Shown here: in pieces, positions 24,851 through 39,756 of the stretch | Position numbering within the stretch: position 1 is the first letter of the stretch | Layout: each line of letters starts with the position of its first letter | NCBI GenBank assembly: GCA_964057225.1 | Contig: OZ059895.1 | Coordinates: 372,001 to 436,000 of the forward strand | Origin: Auanema rhodensis | Lineage: Eukaryota > Animalia > Nematoda | Length of the DNA stretch: 64,000 nucleotides | Direction of reading: 5' to 3' | The notes under the pieces: model-generated | What the model was told of the DNA's origin: nothing | Database searches by the model: none | What the model saw: the letters and a program-made list of their open reading frames with translations, nothing else | Translations under genes and position numbers: made by a program

Positions 24851-27468
24851 TAACATTGTCCATCGTCCTTGCCTTGAAAAATGGAATCTAAAAACATCTA
24901 CTTTTTGCTAAATTATTTTGAAATTTTTCGAAAAAATTTTTGTCAAAATGTTTTTGGAAGCAATGTTGAGTGTACATGGAAACTCAACATACACTAATGC
25001 ATCATTTTTCAAACGATCATAACTAATTTTTGTATCAAGCGTTTCTCAATGTAGTATAGTGCATTCGATGCGGATTTTTAAGCTGCGTCGATCTGTGTTA
25101 TCAGATTTGCGCTAGCTTAAAAATGCACCGAGATATCAACTGATATAAGTTCACACTTATATCCTCGATTTTCACCCTGAAGAATTATTTTTTTCGTTGA
25201 ATAACATTGTCCATCGTCCTTGCCTTGAAAAATGGAATCTAAAAACATCTACTTTTTGCTAAATTATTTTGAAATTTTTCGAAAAAATTTTTGTCAAAAT
25301 GTTTTTGGAAGCAATGTTGAGTGTACATGGAAACTCAACATACACTAATGCATCATTTTTCAAACGATCATAACTAATTTTTGTATCAAGCGTTTCTCAA
25401 TGTAGTATAGTGCATTCGATGCGGATTTTTAAGCTGCGTCGATCTGTGTTATCAGATTTGCGCTAGCTTAAAAATACACCGAGATATCAACTGATATAAG
25501 TTCACACTTATATCCTCGATTTTCACCCTGAAGAATTAATTTTTTCGTTGAATAACATTGTCCATCGTCTTTGCCTTGAAAAAAGGAATCTAAAAACATC
25601 TACTTTTTGCTAAATTATTTTGAAATTTTTCGAAAAAATTTTTGTCAAAATGTTTTTGGAAGCAATGTTGAGTGTACATGGAAACTCAACATACACTAAT
25701 GCATCATTTTTCAAACGATCATAACTAATTTTTGTATTAAGCGTTTCTCAATGTAGTATAGTGCATTCGATGCGGATTTTTAAGCTGCGTCGATCTGTGT
25801 TATCAGATTTGCGCTAGCTTAAAAATGCACCGAGATATCAACTGATATAAGTTCACACTTATATCCTCGATTTTCACCCTGAAGAATTAATTTTTTTGTT
25901 GAATAACATTGCCTATCGTCTTTGCCTTGAAAAATGGAATCTAAAAACATCTACTTTTTGCTAAATTATTTTGAAATTTTTCGAAAAAATTTTTGTCAAA
26001 ATGTTTTTGGAAGCAATGTTGAGTGTACATGGAAACTCAACATACACTAATGCATCATTTTTCAAACGATCATAACTAATTTTTGTATTAAGCGTTTCTC
26101 AATGTAGTATAGTGCATTCGATGCGGATTTTTAAGCTGCGTCGATCTGTGTTATCAGATTTGCGCTAGCTTAAAAATGCACCGAGATATCAACTGATATA
26201 AGTTCACACTTATATCCTCGATTTTCACCCTGAAGAATTAATTTTTTTGTTGAATAACATTGCCTATCGTCTTTGCCTTGAAAAATGGAATCTAAAAACA
26301 TCTACTTTTTGCTAAATTATTTTGAAATTTTTCGAAAAAATTTTTGTCAAAATGTTTTTGGAAGCAATGTTGAGTGTACATGGAAACTCAACATACACTA
26401 ATGCATCATTTTTCAAACGATCATAACTAATTTTTGTATTAAGCGTTTCTCAATGTAGTATAGTGCATTCGATGCGGATTTTTAAGCTGCGTCGATCTGT
26501 GTTATCAGATTTGCGCTAGCTTAAAAATGCACCGAGATATCAACTGATATAAGTTCACACTTATATCCTCGATTTTCACCCTGAAGAATTAATTTTTTTG
26601 TTGAATAACATTGCCTATCGTCTTTGCCTTGAAAAATGGAATCTAAAAACATCTACTTTTTGCTAAATTATTTTGAAATTTTTCGAAAAAATTTTTGTCA
26701 AAATGTTTTTGGAAGCAATGTTGAGTGTACATGGAAACTCAACATACACTAATGCATCATTTTTCAAACGATCATAACTAATTTTTGTATCAAGCGTTTT
26801 TCAATGTAGTATAGTGCATTCGATGCGGATTTTTAAGCTGCGTCGATCTGTGTTATCAGATTTGCGCTAGCTTAAAAATGCACCGAGATATCAACTGATA
26901 TAAGTTCACACTTATATCCTCGATTTTCACCCTGAAGAATTAATTTTTTAGTTGAATAACCTTGTCCATCGTCTTTGCCTTGAAAAATGGAATCTAAAAA
27001 CATCTACTTTTTGCTAAATTATTTTGAAATTTTTCGAAAAAATTTTTGTCAAAATGTTTTTGGAAGCAATGTTGAGTGTACATGGAAACTCAACATACAC
27101 TAATGCATCATTTTTCAAACGATCATAACTAATTTTTGTATTAAGCGTTTCTCAATGTAGTATAGTGCATTCGATGCGGATTTTTAAGCTGCGTCGATCT
27201 GTGTTATCAGATTTGCGCTAGCTTAAAAATGCACCGAGATATCAACTGATATAAGTTCACACTTATATCCTCGATTTTCACCCTGAAGAATTAATTTTTT
27301 CGTTGAATAACATTGTCCATCGTCTTTGCCTTGAAAAAAGGAATCTAAAAACATCTACTTTTTGCTAAATTATTTTGAAATTTTTCGAAAAAAATTTTTG
27401 TCAAAATGTTTTTGGAAGCAATGTTGAGTGTACATGGAAACTCAACATACACTAATGCATCATTTTTC

Positions 27469-30400
27469 AAACGATCATAACTACTTTTTGTATCAAGCGT
27501 TTCTCAATGTAGTATAGTGCATTCGATGCGGATTTTTAAGCTGCGTCGATCTGTGTTATCAGATTTGCGCTAGCTTAAAAATGCACCGAGATATCAACTG
27601 ATATAAGTTCACACTTATATCCTCGATTTTCACCCTGAAGAATTAATTTTTTCGTTGAATAACATTGTCCATCGTCTTTGCCTTGAAAAAAGGAATCTAA
27701 AAACATCTACTTTTTGCTAAATTATTTTGAAATTTTTCGAAAAAATTTTTGTCAAAATGTTTTTGGAAGCAATGTTGAGTGTACATGGAAACTCAACATA
27801 CACTAATGCATCATTTTTCAAACGATCATAACTAATTTTTGTATCAAGCGTTTCTCAATGTAGTATAGTGCATTCGATGCGGATTTTTAAGCTGCGTCGA
27901 TCTGTGTTATCAGATTTGCGCTAGCTTAAAATGCACCGAGATATCAACTGATATAAGTTCACACTTATATCCTCGATTTTCACCCTGAAGAATTAATTTT
28001 TTCGTTGAATAACATTGTCCATCGTCTTTGCCTTGGAAAAAGGAATCTAAAAACATCTACTTTTTGCTAAATTATTTTGAAATTTTTCGAAAAAAATTTC
28101 TGTCAAAATGTTTTTGGAAGCAATGTTGAGTGTACATGGAAACTCAACATACACTAATGCATCATTTTTCAAACGATCATAACTACTTTTTGTATCAAGC
28201 GTTTCTCAATGTAGTATAGTGCATTCGATGCGGATTTTTAAGCTGCGTCGATCTGTGTTATCAGATTTGCGCTAGCTTAAAAATGCACCGAGATATCAAC
28301 TGATATAAGTTCACACTTATATCCTCGATTTTCACCCTGAAGAATTAATTTTTTCGTTGAATAACATTGTCCATCGTCTTTGCCTTGAAAAAAGGAATCT
28401 AAAAACATCTACTTTTTGCTAAATTATTTTGAAATTTTTCGAAAAAAATTTTTGTCAAAATGTTTTTGGAAGCAATGTTGAGTGTACATGGAAACTCAAC
28501 ATACACTAATGCATCATTTTTCAAACGATCATAACTACTTTTTGTATCAAGCGTTTCTCAATGTAGTATAGTGCATTCGATGCGGATTTTTAAGCTGCGT
28601 CGATCTGTGTTATCAGATTTGCGCTAGCTTAAAAATGCACCGAGATATCAACTGATATAAGTTCACACTTATATCCTCGATTTTCACCCTGAAGAATTAA
28701 TTTTTTCGTTGAATAACATTGTCCATCGTCTTTGCCTTGAAAAAAGGAATCTAAAAACATCTACTTTTTGCTAAATTATTTTGAAATTTTTCGAAAAAAT
28801 TTTTGTCAAAATGTTTTTGGAAGCAATGTTGAGTGTACATGGAAACTCAACATACACTAATGCATCATTTTTCAAACGATCATAACTAATTTTTGTATTA
28901 AGCGTTTCTCAATGTAGTATAGTGCATTCGATGCGGATTTTTAAGCTGCGTCGATCTGTGTTATCAGATTTGCGCTAGCTTAAAAATGCACCGAGATATC
29001 AACTGATATAAGTTCACACTTATATCCTCGATTTTCACCCTGAAGAATTATTTTTTTCGTTGAATAACATTGTCCATCTTCCTTGCCTTGAAAAATGGAA
29101 TCTAAAAACATCTACTTTTTGCTAAATTATTTTGAAATTTTTCGAAAAAATTTTTGTCAAAATGTTTTTGGAAGCAATGTTGAGTGTACATGGAAACTCA
29201 ACATACACTAATGCATCATTTTTCAAACGATCATAACTAATTTTTGTATTAAGCGTTTCTCAATGTAGTATAGTGCACTCGATGCGGATTTTTAAGCTGC
29301 GTCGATCTGTGTTATCAGATTTGCGCTAGCTTAAAAATGCACCGAGATATCAACTGATATAAGTTCACATTTATATCCTCGATTTTCAACCTGAAGAAAT
29401 AATTTTTTCGTTGAATAACATTGTCCTTCGTCTTTGCCTTAAAAAAAGGAATCTAAAAACATCTACTTTTTGCTAAATTATTTTGAAATTTTTCGAAAAA
29501 ATTTTTGTCAAAATGTTTTTGGAAGCAATGTTGAGTGTACATGGAAACTCAACATACACTAATGCATCATTTTTCAAACGATCATAACTAATTTTTGTAT
29601 TAAGCGTTTCTCAATGTAGTATAGTGCACTCGATGCGGATTTTTAAGCTGCGTCGATCTGTGTTATCAGATTTGCGCTAGCTTAAAAATGCACCGAGATA
29701 TCAACTGATATAAGTTCACACTTATATCCTCGATTTTCACCCTGAAGAATTAATTTTTTTGTTGAATAACATTGCCTATCGTCTTTGCCTTGAAAAATGG
29801 AATCTAAAAACATCTACTTTTTGCTAAATTATTTTGAAATTTTTCGAAAAAATTTTTGTCAAAATGTTTTTGGAAGCAATGTTGAGTGTACATGGAAACT
29901 CAACATACACTAATGCATCATTTTTCAAACGATCATAACTAATTTTTGTATTAAGCGTTTCTCAATGTAGTATAGTGCATTCGATGCGGATTTTTAAGCT
30001 GCGTCGATCTGTGTTATCAGATTTGCGCTAGCTTAAAATGCACCGAGATATCAACTGATATAAGTTCACACTTATATCCTCGATTTTCACCCTGAAGAAT
30101 TAATTTTTTCGTTGAATAACATTGTCCATCGTCTTTGCCTTGAAAAAAGGAATCTAAAAACATCTACTTTTTGCTAAATTATTTTGAAATTTTTCGAAAA
30201 AAATTTTTGTCAAAATGTTTTTGGAAGCAATGTTGAGTGTACATGGAAACTCAACATACACTAATGCATCATTTTTCAAACGATCATAACTACTTTTTGT
30301 ATCAAGCGTTTCTCAATGTAGTATAGTGCATTCGATGCGGATTTTTAAGCTGCGTCGATCTGTGTTATCAGATTTGCGCTAGCTTAAAAATGCACCGAGA

Positions 30401-33400
30401 TATCAACTGATATAAGTTCACACTTATATCCTCGATTTTCACCCTGAAGAATTAATTTTTTCGTTGAATAACATTGTCCATCGTCTTTGCCTTGAAAAAA
30501 GGAATCTAAAAACATCTACTTTTTGCTAAATTATTTTGAAATTTTTCGAAAAAATTTTTGTCAAAATGTTTTTGGAAGCAATGTTGAGTGTACATGGAAA
30601 CTCAACATACACTAATGCATCATTTTTCAAACGATCATAACTAATTTTTGTATCAAGCGTTTCTCAATGTAGTATAGTGCATTCGATGCGGATTTTTAAG
30701 CTGCGTCGATCTGTGTTATCAGATTTGCGCTAGCTTAAAATGCACCGAGATATCAACTGATATAAGTTCACACTTATATCCTCGATTTTCACCCTGAAGA
30801 ATTAATTTTTTCGTTGAATAACATTGTCCATCGTCTTTGCCTTGGAAAAAGGAATCTAAAAACATCTACTTTTTGCTAAATTATTTTGAAATTTTTCGAA
30901 AAAAATTTCTGTCAAAATGTTTTTGGAAGCAATGTTGAGTGTACATGGAAACTCAACATACACTAATGCATCATTTTTCAAACGATCATAACTACTTTTT
31001 GTATCAAGCGTTTCTCAATGTAGTATAGTGCATTCGATGCGGATTTTTAAGCTGCGTCGATCTGTGTTATCAGATTTGCGCTAGCTTAAAAATGCACCGA
31101 GATATCAACTGATATAAGTTCACACTTATATCCTCGATTTTCACCCTGAAGAATTAATTTTTTCGTTGAATAACATTGTCCATCGTCTTTGCCTTGAAAA
31201 AAGGAATCTAAAAACATCTACTTTTTGCTAAATTATTTTGAAATTTTTCGAAAAAAATTTTTGTCAAAATGTTTTTGGAAGCAATGTTGAGTGTACATGG
31301 AAACTCAACATACACTAATGCATCATTTTTCAAACGATCATAACTACTTTTTGTATCAAGCGTTTCTCAATGTAGTATAGTGCATTCGATGCGGATTTTT
31401 AAGCTGCGTCGATCTGTGTTATCAGATTTGCGCTAGCTTAAAAATGCACCGAGATATCAACTGATATAAGTTCACACTTATATCCTCGATTTTCACCCTG
31501 AAGAATTAATTTTTTCGTTGAATAACATTGTCCATCGTCTTTGCCTTGAAAAAAGGAATCTAAAAACATCTACTTTTTGCTAAATTATTTTGAAATTTTT
31601 CGAAAAAATTTTTGTCAAAATGTTTTTGGAAGCAATGTTGAGTGTACATGGAAACTCAACATACACTAATGCATCATTTTTCAAACGATCATAACTAATT
31701 TTTGTATTAAGCGTTTCTCAATGTAGTATAGTGCATTCGATGCGGATTTTTAAGCTGCGTCGATCTGTGTTATCAGATTTGCGCTAGCTTAAAAATGCAC
31801 CGAGATATCAACTGATATAAGTTCACACTTATATCCTCGATTTTCACCCTGAAGAATTATTTTTTTCGTTGAATAACATTGTCCATCTTCCTTGCCTTGA
31901 AAAATGGAATCTAAAAACATCTACTTTTTGCTAAATTATTTTGAAATTTTTCGAAAAAATTTTTGTCAAAATGTTTTTGGAAGCAATGTTGAGTGTACAT
32001 GGAAACTCAACATACACTAATGCATCATTTTTCAAACGATCATAACTAATTTTTGTATTAAGCGTTTCTCAATGTAGTATAGTGCACTCGATGCGGATTT
32101 TTAAGCTGCGTCGATCTGTGTTATCAGATTTGCGCTAGCTTAAAAATGCACCGAGATATCAACTGATATAAGTTCACATTTATATCCTCGATTTTCAACC
32201 TGAAGAAATAATTTTTTCGTTGAATAACATTGTCCTTCGTCTTTGCCTTAAAAAAAGGAATCTAAAAACATCTACTTTTTGCTAAATTATTTTGAAATTT
32301 TTCGAAAAAATTTTTGTCAAAATGTTTTTGGAAGCAATGTTGAGTGTACATGGAAACTCAACATACACTAATGCATCATTTTTCAAACGATCATAACTAA
32401 TTTTTGTATTAAGCGTTTCTCAATGTAGTATAGTGCACTCGATGCGGATTTTTAAGCTGCGTCGATCTATGTTATCAGATTTGCGCTAGCTTAAAAATGC
32501 ACCGAGATATCAACTGATATAAGTTCACACTTATATCCTCGATTTTCAACCTGAAGAAATAATTTTTTCGTTGAATAACATTGTCCATCGTCTTTGCCTT
32601 GAAAAAAGGAATCTAAAAACATCTACTTTTTGCTAAATTATTCTGAAATTTTTCGAAAACATTTTTGTCAAAATGTTTTTGGAAGCAATGTTGAGTGTAC
32701 ATGGAAACTCAACATACACTAATGCATCATTTTTCAAACGATCATAACTAATTTTTGTATCAAGCGTTTCTCAATGTAGTATAGTGCATTCGATGCGGAT
32801 TTTTAAGCTGCGTCGATCTGTGTTATCAGATTTGCGCTAGCTTAAAAATGCACCGAGATATCAACTGATATAAGTTCACACTTATATCCTCGATTTTCAC
32901 CCTGAAGAATTAATTTTTTCGTTGAATAACATTGTCCATCGTCTTTGCCTTGAAAAAAGGAATCTAAAAACATCTACTTTTTGCTAAATTATTTTGAAAT
33001 TTTTCGAAAAAATTTTTGTCAAAATGTTTTTGGAAGCAATGTTGAGTGTACATGGAAACTCAACATACACTAATGCATCATTTTTCAAACGATCATAACT
33101 AATTTTTGTATCAAGCGTTTCTCAATGTAGTATAGTGCATTCGATGCGGATTTTTAAGCTGCGTCGATCTGTGTTATCAGATTTGCGCTAGCTTAAAATG
33201 CACCGAGATATCAACTGATATAAGTTCACACTTATATCCTCGATTTTCACCCTGAAGAATTAATTTTTTCGTTGAATAACATTGTCCATCGTCTTTGCCT
33301 TGAAAAAAGGAATCTAAAAACATCTACTTTTTGCTAAATTATTTTGAAATTTTTCGAAAAAAATTTTTGTCAAAATGTTTTTGGAAGCAATGTTGAGTGT

Positions 33401-36400
33401 ACATGGAAACTCAACATACACTAATGCATCATTTTTCAAACGATCATAACTACTTTTTGTATCAAGCGTTTCTCAATGTAGTATAGTGCATTCGATGCGG
33501 ATTTTTAAGCTGCGTCGATCTGTGTTATCAGATTTGCGCTAGCTTAAAAATGCACCGAGATATCAACTGATATAAGTTCACACTTATATCCTCGATTTTC
33601 ACCCTGAAGAATTAATTTTTTCGTTGAATAACATTGTCCATCGTCTTTGCCTTGAAAAAAGGAATCTAAAAACATCTACTTTTTGCTAAATTATTTTGAA
33701 ATTTTTCGAAAAAAATTTCTGTCAAAATGTTTTTGGAAGCAATGTTGAGTGTACATGGAAACTCAACATACACTAATGCATCATTTTTCAAACGATCATA
33801 ACTACTTTTTGTATCAAGCGTTTCTCAATGTAGTATAGTGCATTCGATGCGGATTTTTAAGCTGCGTCGATCTGTGTTATCAGATTTGCGCTAGCTTAAA
33901 AATGCACCGAGATATCAACTGATATAAGTTCACACTTATATCCTCGATTTTCACCCTGAAGAATTAATTTTTTCGTTGAATAACATTGTCCATCGTCTTT
34001 GCCTTGAAAAAAGGAATCTAAAAACATCTACTTTTTGCTAAATTATTTTGAAATTTTTCGAAAAAATTTTTGTCAAAATGTTTTTGGAAGCAATGTTGAG
34101 TGTACATGGAAACTCAACATACACTAATGCATCATTTTTCAAACGATCATAACTAATTTTTGTATTAAGCGTTTCTCAATGTAGTATAGTGCATTCGATG
34201 CGGATTTTTAAGCTGCGTCGATCTGTGTTATCAGATTTGCGCTAGCTTAAAAATGCACCGAGATATCAACTGATATAAGTTCACACTTATATCCTCGATT
34301 TTCACCCTGAAGAATTATTTTTTTCGTTGAATAACATTGTCCATCTTCCTTGCCTTGAAAAATGGAATCTAAAAACATCTACTTTTTGCTAAATTATTTT
34401 GAAATTTTTCGAAAAAATTTTTGTCAAAATGTTTTTGGAAGCAATGTTGAGTGTACATGGAAACTCAACATACACTAATGCATCATTTTTCAAACGATCA
34501 TAACTAATTTTTGTATTAAGCGTTTCTCAATGTAGTATAGTGCACTCGATGCGGATTTTTAAGCTGCGTCGATCTGTGTTATCAGATTTGCGCTAGCTTA
34601 AAAATGCACCGAGATATCAACTGATATAAGTTCACATTTATATCCTCGATTTTCAACCTGAAGAAATAATTTTTTCGTTGAATAACATTGTCCTTCGTCT
34701 TTGCCTTAAAAAAAGGAATCTAAAAACATCTACTTTTTGCTAAATTATTTTGAAATTTTTCGAAAAAATTTTTGTCAAAATGTTTTTGGAAGCAATGTTG
34801 AGTGTACATGGAAACTCAACATACACTAATGCATCATTTTTCAAACGATCATAACTAATTTTTGTATTAAGCGTTTCTCAATGTAGTATAGTGCACTCGA
34901 TGCGGATTTTTAAGCTGCGTCGATCTATGTTATCAGATTTGCGCTAGCTTAAAAATGCACCGAGATATCAACTGATATAAGTTCACACTTATATCCTCGA
35001 TTTTCAACCTGAAGAAATAATTTTTTCGTTGAATAACATTGTCCATCGTCTTTGCCTTGAAAAAAGGAATCTAAAAACATCTACTTTTTGCTAAATTATT
35101 CTGAAATTTTTCGAAAACATTTTTGTCAAAATGTTTTTGGAAGCAATGTTGAGTGTACATGGAAACTCAACATACACTAATGCATCATTTTTCAAACGAT
35201 CATAACTAATTTTTGTATCAAGCGTTTCTCAATGTAGTATAGTGCATTCGATGCGGATTTTTAAGCTGCGTCGATCTGTGTTATCAGATTTGCGCTAGCT
35301 TAAAAATGCACCGAGATATCAACTGATATAAGTTCACACTTATATCCTCGATTTTCACCCTGAAGAATTAATTTTTTCGTTGAATAACATTGTCCATCGT
35401 CTTTGCCTTGAAAAAAGGAATCTAAAAACATCTACTTTTTGCTAAATTATTTTGAAATTTTTCGAAAAAATTTTTGTCAAAATGTTTTTGGAAGCAATGT
35501 TGAGTGTACATGGAAACTCAACATACACTAATGCATCATTTTTCAAACGATCATAACTAATTTTTGTATCAAGCGTTTCTCAATGTAGTATAGTGCATTC
35601 GATGCGGATTTTTAAGCTGCGTCGATCTGTGTTATCAGATTTGCGCTAGCTTAAAATGCACCGAGATATCAACTGATATAAGTTCACACTTATATCCTCG
35701 ATTTTCACCCTGAAGAATTAATTTTTTCGTTGAATAACATTGTCCATCGTCTTTGCCTTGAAAAAAGGAATCTAAAAACATCTACTTTTTGCTAAATTAT
35801 TTTGAAATTTTTCGAAAAAAATTTTTGTCAAAATGTTTTTGGAAGCAATGTTGAGTGTACATGGAAACTCAACATACACTAATGCATCATTTTTCAAACG
35901 ATCATAACTACTTTTTGTATCAAGCGTTTCTCAATGTAGTATAGTGCATTCGATGCGGATTTTTAAGCTGCGTCGATCTGTGTTATCAGATTTGCGCTAG
36001 CTTAAAAATGCACCGAGATATCAACTGATATAAGTTCACACTTATATCCTCGATTTTCACCCTGAAGAATTAATTTTTTCGTTGAATAACATTGTCCATC
36101 GTCTTTGCCTTGAAAAAAGGAATCTAAAAACATCTACTTTTTGCTAAATTATTTTGAAATTTTTCGAAAAAATTTTTGTCAAAATGTTTTTGGAAGCAAT
36201 GTTGAGTGTACATGGAAACTCAACATACACTAATGCATCATTTTTCAAACGATCATAACTAATTTTTGTATTAAGCGTTTCTCAATGTAGTATAGTGCAT
36301 TCGATGCGGATTTTTAAGCTGCGTCGATCTGTGTTATCAGATTTGCGCTAGCTTAAAAATGCACCGAGATATCAACTGATATAAGTTCACACTTATATCC

Positions 36401-39400
36401 TCGATTTTCACCCTGAAGAATTATTTTTTTCGTTGAATAACATTGTCCATCTTCCTTGCCTTGAAAAATGGAATCTAAAAACATCTACTTTTTGCTAAAT
36501 TATTTTGAAATTTTTCGAAAAAATTTTTGTCAAAATGTTTTTGGAAGCAATGTTGAGTGTACATGGAAACTCAACATACACTAATGCATCATTTTTCAAA
36601 CGATCATAACTAATTTTTGTATTAAGCGTTTCTCAATGTAGTATAGTGCACTCGATGCGGATTTTTAAGCTGCGTCGATCTGTGTTATCAGATTTGCGCT
36701 AGCTTAAAAATGCACCGAGATATCAACTGATATAAGTTCACATTTATATCCTCGATTTTCAACCTGAAGAAATAATTTTTTCGTTGAATAACATTGTCCT
36801 TCGTCTTTGCCTTAAAAAAAGGAATCTAAAAACATCTACTTTTTGCTAAATTATTTTGAAATTTTTCGAAAAAATTTTTGTCAAAATGTTTTTGGAAGCA
36901 ATGTTGAGTGTACATGGAAACTCAACATACACTAATGCATCATTTTTCAAACGATCATAACTAATTTTTGTATTAAGCGTTTCTCAATGTAGTATAGTGC
37001 ACTCGATGCGGATTTTTAAGCTGCGTCGATCTGTGTTATCAGATTTGCGCTAGCTTAAAAATGCACCGAGATATCAACTGATATAAGTTCACACTTATAT
37101 CCTCGATTTTCAACCTGAAGAAATAATTTTTTCGTTGAATAACATTGTCCATCGTCTTTGCCTTGAAAAAAGGAATCTAAAAACATCTACTTTTTGCTAA
37201 ATTATTCTGAAATTTTTCGAAAACATTTTTGTCAAAATGTTTTTGGAAGCAATGTTGAGTGTACATGGAAACTCAACATACACTAATGCATCATTTTTCA
37301 AACGATCATAACTAATTTTTGTATTAAGCGTTTCTCAATGTAGTATAGTGCACTCGATGCGGATTTTTAAGCTGCGTCGATCTGTGTTATCAGATTTGCG
37401 CTAGCTTAAAAATGCACCGAGATATCAACTGATATAAGTTCACATTTATATCCTCGATTTTCAACCTGAAGAAATAATTTTTTCGTTGAATAACATTGTC
37501 CTTCGTCTTTGCCTTAAAAAAAGGAATCTAAAAACATCTACTTTTTGCTAAATTATTTTGAAATTTTTCGAAAAAATTTTTGTCAAAATGTTTTTGGAAG
37601 CAATGTTGAGTGTACATGGAAACTCAACATACACTAATGCATCATTTTTCAAACGATCATAACTAATTTTTGTATTAAGCGTTTCTCAATGTAGTATAGT
37701 GCACTCGATGCGGATTTTTAAGCTGCGTCGATCTGTGTTATCAGATTTGCGCTAGCTTAAAAATGCACCGAGATATCAACTGATATAAGTTCACACTTAT
37801 ATCCTCGATTTTCAACCTGAAGAAATAATTTTTTCGTTGAATAACATTGTCCATCGTCTTTGCCTTGAAAAAAGGAATCTAAAAACATCTACTTTTTGCT
37901 AAATTATTCTGAAATTTTTCGAAAACATTTTTGTCAAAATGTTTTTGGAAGCAATGTTGAGTGTACATGGAAACTCAACATACACTAATGCATCATTTTT
38001 CAAACGATCATAACTAATTTTTGTATTAAGCGTTTCTCAATGTAGTATAGTGCATTCGATGCGGATTTTTAAGCTGCGTCGATCTGTGTTATCAGATTTG
38101 CGCTAGCTTAAAAATGCACCGAGATATCAACTGATATAAGTTCACACTTATATCCTCGATTTTCACCCTGAAGAATTATTTTTTTCGTTGAATAACATTG
38201 TCCATCGTCCTTGCCTTGAAAAATGGAATCTAAAAACATCTACTTTTTGCTAAATTATTTTGAAATTTTTCGAAAAAATTTTTGTCAAAATGTTTTTGGA
38301 AGCAATGTTGAGTGTACATGGAAACTCAACATACACTAATGCATCATTTTTCAAACGATCATAACTAATTTTTGTATCAAGCGTTTCTCAATGTAGTATA
38401 GTGCATTCGATGCGGATTTTTAAGCTGCGTCGATCTGTGTTATCAGATTTGCGCTAGCTTAAAAATGCACCGAGATATCAACTGATATAAGTTCACACTT
38501 ATATCCTCGATTTTCACCCTGAAGAATTAATTTTTTCGTTGAATAACATTGTCCATTGTCTTTGCCTTGAAAAAAGGAATCTAAAAACATCTACTTTTTG
38601 CTAAATTATTTTGAAATTTTTCGAAAAAATTTTTGTCAAAATGTTTTTGGAAGCAATGTTGAGTGTACATGGAAACTCAACATACACTAATGCATCATTT
38701 TTCAAACGATCATAACTAATTTTTGTATTAAGCGTTTCTCAATGTAGTATAGTGCATTCGATGCGGATTTTTAAGCTGCGTCGATCTGTGTTATCAGATT
38801 TGCGCTAGCTTAAAAATGCACCGAGATATCAACTGATATAAGTTCACACTTATATCCTCGATTTTCAACCTGAAGAAATAATTTTTTCGTTGAATAACAT
38901 TGTCCATCGTCTTTGCCTTGAAAAAAGGAATCTAAAAACATCTACTTTTTGCTAAATTATTCTGAAATTTTTCGAAAACATTTTTGTCAAAATGTTTTTG
39001 GAAGCAATGTTGAGTGTACATGGAAACTCAACATACACTAATGCATCATTTTTCAAACGATCATAACTAATTTTTGTATTAAGCGTTTCTCAATGTAGTA
39101 TAGTGCATTCGATGCGGATTTTTAAGCTGCGTCGATCTGTGTTATCAGATTTGCGCTAGCTTAAAAATGCACCGAGATATCAACTGATATAAGTTCACAC
39201 TTATATCCTCGATTTTCACCCTGAAGAATTATTTTTTTCGTTGAATAACATTGTCCATCGTCCTTGCCTTGAAAAATGGAATCTAAAAACATCTACTTTT
39301 TGCTAAATTATTTTGAAATTTTTCGAAAAAATTTTTGTCAAAATGTTTTTGGAAGCAATGTTGAGTGTACATGGAAACTCAACATACACTAATGCATCAT

Positions 39401-39756
39401 TTTTCAAACGATCATAACTAATTTTTGTATCAAGCGTTTCTCAATGTAGTATAGTGCATTCGATGCGGATTTTTAAGCTGCGTCGATCTGTGTTATCAGA
39501 TTTGCGCTAGCTTAAAAATGCACCGAGATATCAACTGATATAAGTTCACACTTATATCCTCGATTTTCACCCTGAAGAATTAATTTTTTCGTTGAATAAC
39601 ATTGTCCATTGTCTTTGCCTTGAAAAAAGGAATCTAAAAACATCTACTTTTTGCTAAATTATTTTGAAATTTTTCGAAAAAATTTTTGTCAAAATGTTTT
39701 TGGAAGCAATGTTGAGTGTACATGGAAACTCAACATACACTAATGCATCATTTTTC
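27469..39756. repeat. Nested HOR domain with 8-, 7-, 6-, 2- and 3-monomer periods
   Basis: CCTTGG at 27820 and 30629 (8 units); GATCTAT at 32385 and 34843 (7 units); CACATTT/GTCCTTCG monomer at 29225, 32034, 34492, 36598, 37300; CCATTGT at 38353 and 39406 (3 units). Confidence 0.87.
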
